Source: Oopsacas minuta (taxonomy: Eukaryota > Animalia > Porifera). Taken from it: DNA of 64,000 nucleotides. The stretch is taken from NCBI GenBank assembly GCA_024704765.1, contig JAKMXF010000244.1, positions 549,905-613,904 of the forward strand, written 5' to 3'. A program made the position numbers and the translations under genes. Below, piece by piece: positions 12,072 to 23,109 of the stretch (position 1 is the first letter of the stretch; the number at the start of each line of letters is the position of its first letter). The notes under the pieces are model-generated. The model had not been told where the DNA came from. It worked only from the letters and a program-made list of their open reading frames with translations, and searched no databases.

Positions 12072-13943
12072 ATGCGCAATTCCAAATCTAATGCCCACTC
12101 CCATTTAGGCCGAACCTTGGTCTCGTTAAAAGATTCGCAACGGAGAAGTACTTCTAGGCATCCTCGATGCTTCAATTCTATTACCGAACAAAATTCTCTC
12201 CAAAGTTTTCTGTTAACATCACAGTTGGCTGACAGAAATTTCAAAGGAGAAAAAGAGCCGGTAGAAATGATAAGTGCTGATAGTGATTACCATAATGATC
12301 AAACCTTAAACATTGATAACATGAAAAATAGAGTGAAGGATTGTTATATCACGATTCCACGAAGGGTCTATTATGATATAAATTTAAGTATTGAGGAGTT
12401 GAGCAGAAAAGAATCATACGACTTTTTATTATGGAAAGATACTATTACTGAATTTGAGAAAAATCATAGAATTGTGATACCTTTTGAAAAAAATCTGGAA
12501 GTTTGGAAACAATTATGGAGAGTAATCGAAAAATCTGATATTCTAGTTCAAGTTATAGATGCCAGAGATCCCCTATTATTTCGTTCTTGTGACCTTGAGA
12601 ATTACGTAAAGGAGATAAATCCTAGTAAACGTAATTTCCTTTTAGTAAATAAATCAGAGCTTCTTACTAACCAACAACGCCATTTATGGAGTGTATATTT
12701 CACCTCTTTAGGAATAGACTATTCATTTTGGTCTGCAAATGAAGGCCATTTTCCAAGTTCACTAACTAACACTGATCTTGCAACTAAATCAAATTTAATG
12801 GATGAGGAATTATTAAATAAAATTAGTACTCACTCAAACTCTAATTCTTCCTTAGAACAAGAGTGTTTGGAAAATGATTCAAATGATTTGCGACTAGAAA
12901 TATGTGACACAGATCCCCTACCAATTAGAGATCAAAATTATTCCAGCGGACCAAACAGTCGGATTGATGGTTCAATAATTACAGTTACAACGTTACTAGA
13001 ATGTAAAGATGACTTGCGCTCAGTTTATACTTGTGAAAATAGAGATTTTAGTTCTAGTAATAATACACCTTCATATATGACCAAACAGTTTGGAGATTCT
13101 AATACTGTTTCGTGTGTTGATTCATCAAGAATTCTCAATTCTCAAGAAGTAATTTCATATTTGAATAAATTTAGAAAGTCAGACAATTTTATTACTACTA
13201 TTGGTATGGTTGGGTTTCCAAATGTAGGAAAGAGCTCTACAATCAATGCACTAATTGGGAAGAAAGTCTTAGCAACTTCTACTACCCCAGGGAAAACAAA
13301 ACACTTTCAAAGTCATTTTCTTGATGCGAATACCATTCTTTGTGACTGCCCTGGTTTAGTATTTCCAAATCATAAGGTTACCAATGCACAACTTATATGT
13401 TCTGGAGTCCTTCCAGTTGATCAAATGAAAGAGTATACTATGCCAATGGAAAATATTTGCAAACTCGTCCCTAAAATAATCCTAGAACATCATTACAACC
13501 TAACACTTGAGTCAGAGCCATCTATGCCTAATTTGTGTAGTGTAGAGAGCCTTTTGACCTGTTTTGCAGAGAGTAGAAATTACGTTTTATCGCATGGACA
13601 TCCAGATTTTCATAAAGCAGCAAAATCTATTTTAAAAGATTTTATACGAGGAAACATTCGTTTCGCTATTGGACCACCGAGTATACCTCTACATCAATTT
13701 AATGAAGAATTAATCTATTCTGCAATTCAAAGCCAAAGTCATCAAGTTGCTACAATAAATAGATATTCAGACAATTATGCCGACACCCTTAATATTGATA
13801 AAGAATTCTTTACAGGTTCGGTAAATCTCGAATCTACCAATAAATTCAAAGAATCTACTCAGAACGTACTAGTTATGTCTACTAATAAACGAACGTATTC
13901 AAAAAAGCATTACAATCATATGAAAAAACGCTATCCAAATTAA
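12072..13943 (+). CDS. LSG1: Large subunit GTPase 1 homolog (circularly permuted GTPase, 60S maturation/export), single exon
   Basis: 623-aa ORF with EKNLEVWKQLWRVIEKSDILVQVIDARDPLLFRS, NKSELL (G4), GMVGFPNVGKSSTINAL (G1), PGKTKHFQ and LCDCPGLVFP (G3). Confidence 0.95.
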   Translation: MRNSKSNAHSHLGRTLVSLKDSQRRSTSRHPRCFNSITEQNSLQSFLLTSQLADRNFKGEKEPVEMISADSDYHNDQTLNIDNMKNRVKDCYITIPRRVYYDINLSIEELSRKESYDFLLWKDTITEFEKNHRIVIPFEKNLEVWKQLWRVIEKSDILVQVIDARDPLLFRSCDLENYVKEINPSKRNFLLVNKSELLTNQQRHLWSVYFTSLGIDYSFWSANEGHFPSSLTNTDLATKSNLMDEELLNKISTHSNSNSSLEQECLENDSNDLRLEICDTDPLPIRDQNYSSGPNSRIDGSIITVTTLLECKDDLRSVYTCENRDFSSSNNTPSYMTKQFGDSNTVSCVDSSRILNSQEVISYLNKFRKSDNFITTIGMVGFPNVGKSSTINALIGKKVLATSTTPGKTKHFQSHFLDANTILCDCPGLVFPNHKVTNAQLICSGVLPVDQMKEYTMPMENICKLVPKIILEHHYNLTLESEPSMPNLCSVESLLTCFAESRNYVLSHGHPDFHKAAKSILKDFIRGNIRFAIGPPSIPLHQFNEELIYSAIQSQSHQVATINRYSDNYADTLNIDKEFFTGSVNLESTNKFKESTQNVLVMSTNKRTYSKKHYNHMKKRYPN

Positions 13944-14211
13944 TTAATTCACCTTATTTCTCCTAATTGTTATTGTGAATTGTATTTCTGTATACTGTAT
14001 ATAGATCTTCCTAGTGAGCTATATAGAGTAATAATAAATGAATTTTAAATTTTCTTCTCGCGTTCAACAATTGAGTCTATGGGCCCTATTCCCATAAATC
14101 ATTATTAGACATTTTAGTCGAATTAGCATAGAATATCTTTTTTATCCACTTCCAAAAAATAGGTTTGTCATAGCCTTCCATCATATTTACCAGGATAGAG
14201 TAGTGTACGGT

Positions 14212-15870
14212 ATATATAAGAGGAATTCCATGTCAAGTCATCCAGTCAATTCACCACATCAATTGATTTGCCTAAACGCTCGTGAGCCAAAAGCCTCAGC
14301 CCAACAATTAGCTATCTGCTAATTTTATATTATTTCTTCAAATGTTTATGGAGTTATGATGTTACACATTCACAAGTTTCTATTTTTTGGAAATATTTGA
14401 ATTCAAGCCATTTGGATAATATCTTACAAACTGTTAGCTCATATCCAATTGAAATGAAATTCTCCATAAGGATAGATTAGGGCATGTAGAAATTGGCTGT
14501 CGCCGCAAAAATGAATTTTCATTATATTTGTTACATATAATTGGAACTGAAACTAAGATGTGAAGTGAAACCGCTATGGCATAGCTTTCGAGGAAAGTTT
14601 GGGAACCTAATTTTTAATTTGTTTTTACTTTGGTACTTGTGTTGTACTGATAATTTGATTTGGTTACATTGAATATCCTTCAAGTACCTTAAATTTCCTT
14701 TGTGAAGCTCTTTTCTACAATTTTTAGAAAATTTCCAAATTTCCCAAATGTTAGAGATTTCTTGCCTATTTGGTGATTATTTAACTCCAGAAAAAGGTAA
14801 ATTTATTCGATACAGATGAGGGAGCAATTTTAAGATATACAGTAGAACCTCGTTAATACGTCACAAGGGACCGCCGAGATTTGTACTCCTAATCCGGAGT
14901 ACGTATTAACCGGAGTAAAAACACATGAATTTCCATTGTCGGAACTAAAATTGTGTAAAATTGTGTTCATCTTAACCGGAAATTGTATTAACGCGGTTTC
15001 ACTGTAATAACTTGTTGTAAAATCGGGGCTAAATTGAAAATTAGTTATCCCAAATTCTTCAAAGGTGGGTGGACGTGACCCATCCATCCCCTCGGAATTT
15101 ACGCCCATTGCCATGCCTATGTGTATAAATTGCTATGGTATAGATTATTCTGGTTTTATAGTCTCTTCGTAATAGTCCAGCATTTGCTACCGCAATGATG
15201 CTACATTGATGATATCAATTTGGTATTTCATACTATTAGAATATTTGAATGATTTTTATTGTAATCAGTATAGGATAAATTTATTATTTCTGTAGTTAAA
15301 TAGTGACAAAAAAGGTAAGGGATTTCGAACATTTGGGAAAATTTCTACAAATTGTCAAAGGAAATTTAAGTAACTTGAAGGGTATTGAATGTAAACAAAT
15401 CAAATTGTCAGTATAATGTAACAACACGAGTAACAAAGTAAGAACACATCAAAAATCAGGTTCCCAAAATTTACCTGAATGCTCTGACAAATTTCCGGTC
15501 TCACTTCACTTCTTAGTTTCAGTTCCAATTATGTGCAAAAAAATGAAATATAATTGCATTTTTGAGGCGACAGCAAAATTCTACATGCTCTAATCTATCC
15601 TCATGGGGAATTTCATCTCGATCGGACATGAGCTAACAGTTTGTAAGATATTATCCAAATGGCTTGAATTTAAATATTTCCAAAAAAAGTTGTTATTGAA
15701 ACTTTTGAATTTCTAACGTCATAATTCCATGAACATTACGAAATAATATACAATTAACACATATCGAATGGTTGGGATGGCCTGCTGGGGGATTCGACTC
15801 ACCAATTTTTAGGCAAAACGGTTGATGTTGATGAAATGGCTGAATGACTTGATATCGAATTCGCCTATAT
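14212..15870. repeat. Fold-back structure with ~570-bp imperfect inverted arms (14212-~14780 / ~15300-15870)
   Basis: The arms align along their length, e.g. ATTCAAGCCATTTGGATAATATCTTACAAACTGTTAGCTC at 14401 vs its reverse complement at ~15630-15670. No ORF; superfamily not assigned. Confidence 0.8.
14840..15004. mobile_element. pogo-like MITE
   Basis: TA|CAGTAGAACCTCGTTAATAC at the left end and TA|CAGTGAAACCGCGTTAATAC (reverse complement) at the right end. Confidence 0.75.
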
Positions 15871-15875
15871 TTGTA

Positions 15876-16277
15876 CAGTGGGACCACCATAATCAATCCG
15901 ACACTCAATGGGAGACAATAATATTGTCCGTAGATCGAGTAACCTGCGTATCCGACTTTTGTCGAAAACGAGCAAACGTTATGGTTGTGTAATATTATAC
16001 TGGCAGTATATTAGATTCTACGATTAAACTATGATGTCGGATTAAGGAGGTAACATAGCCTCCATTATCCGACATGTTCTGAAAACGACAAAAAATGTCG
16101 GATTATACAGGTCGAATTTACAGTAATCGATTATCGTTAAATTGTCGGATTCCGGAATAGCGAGTTCCGGATTATAGAAATTGTTTTCTACAAAATCTAT
16201 CCGTGAGTAATGTCGGTTTAGGTCTTGAGGGAAATTCCGGGTTACACAGGTATCGGAAAAACGGAGGCTCCACCCTA
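15876..16277. mobile_element. pogo-like MITE with internal ATCCGAC/GTCGGAT repeats
   Basis: TA-flanked imperfect TIRs CAGTGGGACCACC / TAGGGTGGAGCCTCC. Confidence 0.55.
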
Positions 16278-17178
16278 TACAGAATGGTTTTCATATCGCA
16301 CAAACAGTACATGTATGCCAAGTTGATGTATTACAAATATATAGAATATCATGTCTCCAAACTAAGGGTAAAATCTTTTCTAAGTGTGTGGCAATTCCTT
16401 TTCTAAGAAAGCAATATTTAGAGAAACGGCCTAATCTTAGATGAGATGTAGAACGTTAAATATCATATATTTGATTCCTAGATAATGTACAAAATGGTGG
16501 AAAGAGGCTTTTGTGAAACATATTAAAAATTTGTCATAATAAAGTTGGATGGTTTTTAGTTACAATAGTGACCATGGATGGTAAGAATGTGTCAATATCC
16601 ATTTAGAAGTCGAAATCGTCAATGATATAACAAAATTCACTATTGCCGATTTATGGTATATCCCCAATTTCCCATGCCTTTGTAATATATTATTGCATAG
16701 TTATCAAAAGTCATATATATATGGTAATATTTAGGATTGCATCATTATCTTAAGAGATATTATATCAACATGTACTATAAGTGAATGGGAAATCGGGTAT
16801 ATATTATAAATCGGAAATAGTGAGTTTTGTTATATCATTGAGGGTTTTCGACTTATGAATAATGAATATTGGCAAATTATTACCATCCATGCTCACAAAT
16901 GTAACTCAAAAACCTGCCAACTTTATCATGATAAATTTTTAATATGTTTTACAAAAGCATCTTTCCATTATTTCGTACATTATATTTGGAATCAATATGT
17001 GATATTTAACGTTCTACAACTCATCTAAGATTAGGCCATTTTCTCTAAATATTGCTTCCGAGCAAAAGAAATTGGCACATTTTGAAATTTTTTTCCCCTT
17101 TTAGTTTAGAGACATTATTTTCTAGATATCTGTAATACATTTACTTGGGCATAAAGGCACTGTTTGTGCGATATAACA

Positions 17179-20100
17179 CACAGTGGCTTAGTAATAGAGA
17201 TTTAAGAAATTTTTTATAGTAATGCTTTCATTCCTTTTATGGTTTCTTTGTGTTTCTAAACATTCAAGTAGCATCCATTCCAATTTTCGAATCATTTGGT
17301 AGCCTATTAGTTCTGTAAATTTGAATCGAAACTTTGTGGTTTTTGATGCTGAAATTATCGTTTCGGAGAATTCAAAATATAAAAGATTTTCACAAAGATT
17401 CTGATTCTTTATAGAATATATTAGCGATCTATTGTTTCATCTATTCTAGACAATTTTGGATGTTGATTTCTAATTTTGTATCAGATATATTCTAAACTGT
17501 GTACTTTTCATGTGAAGGGTTGTTGTACTCAGGGTAAAAAATGAACCCCATTTTTCCATCGATAAAATTTTGAAAGTGTCTGAAAAAAAAAAGTCAAGGA
17601 ACGTCAAAGCGAAAATAATACCAGTTGTTGTTTACAATTTATGCTATGTTATATGAAGATGAGAGGCCCCGAAACAATGCGCAACTTTGATTTTTTGGTC
17701 ACATTCCATTGTCTGTAATCGTTGCTATGGAAATTCCTAAAGTGATATCTGTAACTATGTAATTGAATACCCGTCTAATCCTAATTCTTCTTGGAAATTA
17801 CTGCACAAAATTAAACATATGACGTGTATATATACGTGTACTTATGTTTTCAATCATACACCTTTATTTTCTCATAGATAGTTTATCCGTGATCAATGGC
17901 CGAACCAATTACTCCGATGACTTCCCCCGAATCCCGTCTCGATTTAGCGAGAATCCTGAAAGCAAATGGCAATTGCGTCCAAACAACTCTCTGTTATCTT
18001 AGCGATCTCCATGGATTAGACGATGCCAAGCAGGCTAAACTTGAATTGATTCTACGTAGAATACGAGATATGATTAGAACTTCAAAAAAATCACTTGAAT
18101 CTTTGCATGGAGATTGGTGGCATTCTGAAATTTGCTCAGAATTATTTATAGCTTCACAAGCCCCCCAAAAAACTAAGTCGGTGCGCCAAAAGAAAGAACT
18201 TATCAATCTTTCATTGCAACATCAGCGTTCTCGCATCTCTAGTGTCCTTGAGTCTATCAGGTCCATCTCGGTAATCGAAAAAACTTCTGAAATTACAATT
18301 GCAGCTCTTGCTTTGCAATTGTTGTGCAATGAAGAAGACAATCGAGAAGTTGCAAGGGTATCTAAATCAATTGTGCAGGGAAAATTCTCTGGTCAATTCG
18401 GGCGTGCATCTAAAAGCAAAGAATTGGATGTGGACAAGGCAATATTTCTTTTGGATCTACTAGAGATTGGCAAGAGGAAGTATACTCTACTACGACAACT
18501 TTTGTTATCTAATGAAATTCACTTTCCTACATATCAGAGGGTGGCCGATCATAGAAATAATTTAGTACTACGAAGTATGATTCAACTATACCCGAATCCT
18601 ACAGCCCCAGTTGGTGTGTGTGTGTGCCATACGCTCAATTTGTCTACCATACATTTTGTAGAATTATGTCCACTCTACCGTCCCCTTCAAATGAGGATTT
18701 TCCTCTTCGATTTCAGATTGCTGATGGCTTAGATGGATCTGGAAAGCATACCATATATAATCAACCAAATACGAATACGTCTACCAAATCGTTCATCCTA
18801 TTTTGCTTCAAAGCAATACACATTGTCAATTCTAGTGGAAAGGAACTTTGGAAAACAACTGCCCGAATTCTCTATTCTCCCAACGTCCAATTTTCCTTCT
18901 TGCTGCCACAGAAAATCATGACAATATTCACCAATTTATGAAAGATATCATCAATCCCGAAACTGATCAAATGAAGGACCAAGGTTTCTATTTTGCTGAT
19001 GATAAACATATATTTGTCGATGTTGTCCGATCAATGCTTGATGGTAAAATGGCAAGTATTCTCTCAGGAGCAGGAGATGCGAGTTGCCAACTATGTACTG
19101 CAACGCAGAAAGAACTAAAAGATCGTGATTTAATTTTGCAAGGCTATCCCATCAATAGAAACATTTCAGACGCAATTCAATTATTTGGAGAACTGGAAGA
19201 GATTGATGCTTTCTTTTCATTACCAACAAATCAAAGATTTAACCTAACTCACCAACCATTATCAACAATAGATATTCTACCTGCTTCTCCCTTACATTCC
19301 TATACGTGCATTTTTAGATGGTTCAATTTACTTGTGTACCACCTGAATTGTAACACGCTCACATGGTCACCATCATCAAAAGAAATTAAAGACTCCATGA
19401 TGGTTGTGCGAACCATAGTTCAAGAAGTAACAGGTCTAAGAATTGGCCAACCAGACCCCAAAGGAGGTACTACTTCCACTGGTGGTGTGGCTCGAAGAGC
19501 TTTTTCAAATGACTCCAAGTTTATTGAATGCACAATGTCTTTGGTTAAGATTGATTATAGGGACTCACTTTGTAAATTGCACACACAATTATCTGTCATT
19601 CGGAGAATCATAAATTCAGACAGAAAAATCAATACAGAAAAATTGGGTAACCTTTGTACAGACACCTATCTCCTTATTCTTCAATCCTTTCCCTGGGTGA
19701 ACATTACACCGACTTTACATAAATTACTAGCCCATTCTGAAGAAATACTGAGAGAGATGAACTTTGGGTATGGATTGAAATGCTTTAGCGAAGAAGGATC
19801 CGAAGCCTGCAACAAATTAATCAGGAAATATAGGGAACATCTAGCAAGGAAAACTTCCTTCGAGGATAATGTCATTGATATATTTGTCAGACTCTCATCT
19901 GAAAGCGATCCTGTGTCAATGAAATATCGATCGGCAGTGGTGTGCGAAAAGTGCGGAGAACACGGTCATACCCGAAGAGCTAAGTGCTGTAGAGACAATG
20001 CAACAGATTTATTAGAATCATCTATTGATAATATCGTCAAGGGCCTTATTATTGATACGATATTGTAACAACGTAGTTTGCTGAATGTTAGTGAATAAAT

Positions 20101-20556
20101 AATACAATAAAACATCCCTTAATATAAGTGCTTATTGTTTTTATCCAGAAATTGTTAGAATTGATATATATATTAGCAAAAAAGATATGAATAGATTCTA
20201 AAAACGCATTTGGAAGTATGAAGTACAAAAGCAAAATTGTGTATGACGTCATTTTATAAAAATTATGAATAATTTTGTATTTCTAACAGTTGTAATTGCT
20301 TCCATGGATATGATATACTATACCCAAATAATACAATTTATAGGGCTAACATTGCTATACAATCAGATATTAAAGAAAAACAAAATTCAGCATAAAGCTA
20401 TGACGTCAGAACATGATATATAGAAACCTTATAAAAATTTTGAATGCACCAAATGATTCCTAGCATATGATAACCTATATGCTGGTAATACATTATATAT
20501 GTCTATTTCAAATGAAAATAGCCATTCTTTACTAACTCCCATTTTAAGCCACTGTG
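17179..20556 (+). mobile_element. Transib/RAG1-like transposon A, complete, 5-bp TSD TAACA
   Basis: Termini CACAGTGGCTTA at both ends. TAACA lies at 17174-17178 and 20557-20561. The element contains a single transposase gene. Confidence 0.92.
17896..20068 (+). pseudogene. RAG1-core-like (Transib) DDE transposase, ~723 aa after repairing two indels
   Basis: GLDGSG (D1), SMLDGKM (D2), CQLC, ITPTLHKLLAH (Zn His pair), SEEGSEACNKLIRKYREHLARK (E) and a C-terminal CEKCGEHGHTRRAKCC. Frameshifts sit at a (GT)n tract ~18612-18625 and an A-run ~18851. Confidence 0.9.
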
Positions 20557-20734
20557 TAACAACCATTCTGTATACGGTGGAACCTCCGTAATCCAATACC
20601 TTTGTAATCCGGAATTTCCCTAAACGGACATTATTTCTGTGCAATATTAAACGTTCTACAGCTCTTCAAAGATTGGGAGCTATGTCCCTTGTTTTTGAAT
20701 AAGTATGAAACAGCTACATTTGTCAGTGGTTTTG

Positions 20735-20760
20735 GGCCGCTACGCGACGGGATATACTAG
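20735..20760 (+). other. Possible Helitron 3' terminus (weak GC hairpin + CTAG)
   Basis: GGGCCGCTACGCGACGGGATATACTAG. The stem is degenerate and the next base is G rather than the expected T. Confidence 0.3.
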
Positions 20761-21489
20761 GCACCGCGTCGCTCAAGGTTAATTTTTGTAAATCCCGGGT
20801 TCCGTGCTCGCTAAATTATGACTCTACCAGATACATACTTGTCAGACGTTCTGAACATTTTTCAAAAGTTTTTCTATAATTAATACAAACATTCATATGT
20901 AAGTTCAATTTTTTGGTAGTATGCCACATACCTGTCAAGTACAAACCTATTTGTGTCATATTCTTGTAAGTAGCTTTCATTTCTCCTTTGCATTGGCCAG
21001 AAGCCTGTACACCAAAGTTCTTTTCTCACTTCATGCGCTCGCGTTCTGAGAATCAATGTACGCGTGAATATATACATAAACTAAGTTGTGCCTCAAGTAC
21101 TAGGTCATGCCATCTTTAATATTTAAATAGTCAATACTATCATTTTTATCAATTCGTATGTAAATATGGTTACGTAATCAAAATGATTATTTAGTGTTCC
21201 AATTGAATTTTGAACCCCAAAGTGATTAATGTAACGAGATGACATTTCTAAAACTTAAGTGACACCAGTGACCTCTAGTTTTGTTAATCCACTTCTGAGC
21301 CTCAATATTGTGTAAAATATGCCGATGGCCCGCATTAAACTTAAGCCGGGGCCCTGTCTGGCTCTAGACGGCCCTGTACCCGTTAGTCGAATTTCAACTA
21401 TAAATTTTGTGTAATGGTTGAGCAGTGGCAAATAATAGGCTGAGTAGATGGCAATGAGTACGATCTGTGTTTAGCTGAATCAGCTAATT

Positions 21490-22530
21490 GTAGTATGCCT
21501 TTTCAATTACGCCAGCTCTTTGTCACCATTCTCATATATAATTGTGCACATAATTTCCTTCCTAACTTAGATTGTGACCAGTATATCTTGAATAAAGCGT
21601 TGATTGACATTGAGAACCCACTTACAAAAACAGGGTATGTCTCTCTCTAATTTCCAAAAAATTCCACTCCCCTCGTCCGCACATAGTCCTGTTGAGGAGG
21701 CTCTAATCATTCAACATGAATTAGATTATGATATTAATGAACAACAAGAAATAGTTAATACTAATATCACATTACTGAATTCAGATCAATTGAGAATATT
21801 TGATTCAGTAATTACAGCAGTAATGATACTAAACTGTTTTTGGGGTACAGGCAAAATATTCCTTTTTACCACGCTAGTAGCCACAGTTCGTTGATAGGGC
21901 CAAATTACCCTTGATATAGCAAGTAATGGCATAGTTGCAATCCTCTTACAAGGAGAGAGAATGGTACACTCTAGGCTAAGAGTTCCAATCGATACTCATG
22001 AGTTATCAGCGTGTAGCATTACAAAGCGATCTGCTTTAGCAAAGTTAATTATGCGTACACAACTTTTGGTTGGGACGAAGCGTGTATGTCCAATAAATCA
22101 GTTGCCGAATGTGTGGATTGTAGTTTGAGGGGCATTTGTTCATGTGATCTCCCATTCGGTGGCAAAGTTATGGTTTTCGGAGGTGACTGAAACTGAGAAC
22201 GAGAATCAAATGATTCACCTGATGATAAATTTGTTGTACACAGTGATAATATCTCTGACTTGGCAAACTCTGCCTATGGTAATATTCATGAAAACTACAC
22301 TAATTGTAATTTTTTGAGTGAGAAATAATATTGTGTCCTAAGAATGAAATATGTGATCAAATTAATAACCATGGTATTCATCAGCTTCCAGGGAAGGTGT
22401 AACACTGTTGAGTGCTGATTCTGTGGAAGAATCCACTGCTATCAATTTCCTTAAGAATTTCTAATTTCCATTCATCTAATGGTATGCCACCACATCGCCT
22501 ATTTTTGAAACAATTTGCATCAATTACTAT
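21490..22530 (+). pseudogene. Helitron PIF1-family helicase remnant
   Basis: MPFQLRQLFVTIL, LNSDQLRIFD...GTGK, CSITKRS.LAKLI, WDEACM, DLPFGGKVMVFGGD and NGMPPHRLFLK across broken frames. Confidence 0.85.
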
Positions 22531-23109
22531 TAAGCAGGATCACAAATCCCATGGGATTGAAATTTATGGTGTGTCAACCTCATAAATTAATTCCAGGGAA
22601 GTATGGATTAGAAATGTAGTCTATTGGGAAGTGTTTCAAGATAATTGTGGACTCATCAACCATCACAAATAGAAAGTGTTGATGTTCTTTGTCCCTCACT
22701 AAATAAAACATTTCATGGTTCACAATTTGAAATCACTTCTCCCTTATCTGATTATTAGCTCCTATGAAAAGAGGGTCTATTGCAAGTGAATCAGATGGAA
22801 AGGGTAAGATGATTAAATTTACTGATTTCAATGAGCATCAATTTAGTTCATTTGCAATTGTTGACAATAGCATGGGTATGGATACTCATGATAGGGTCAC
22901 CAGATCTGACCCGGAATGTATATTTAATAGCATAATTCATGAACGATTTGAATGGCTCACTACTTTTATATGGTTTTGTCACTAAATTTTCACTCCCAAT
23001 GCGTCAGAGACTGGCACATAGTAATGACTTACCTATACCAATTTTGCTCAATCGTGACACAAACATATTTCGACATCACACCAGATAAAATTGGTAAATT
23101 ATTTTGGTC

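Larger units (their letters stand above)
16208..20640. repeat. Second long imperfect inverted repeat (16208-16674 vs 16786-17178 + 20562-20640); right arm split by the Transib insertion
   Basis: The reverse complement of 16260-16310 (GTACTGTTTGTGCGATATGAAAACCATTCTGTATAGGGTGGAG) matches the rejoined empty site GCACTGTTTGTGCGATATAACAACCATTCTGTATACGGTGGAA. Confidence 0.8.

Noticed and set aside
12780-13140. Low-complexity insert in LSG1 as a novel domain or retained intron
   Set aside because: It is in frame, and LSG1 orthologues have a variable acidic/low-complexity linker between G5 and G1.
18600-18870. Programmed ribosomal frameshifting as the explanation for the split transposase ORFs
   Set aside because: The shifts sit in a (GT)n tract and an A-run and are absent at the same positions in element B; slippage mutation or assembly error is simpler.
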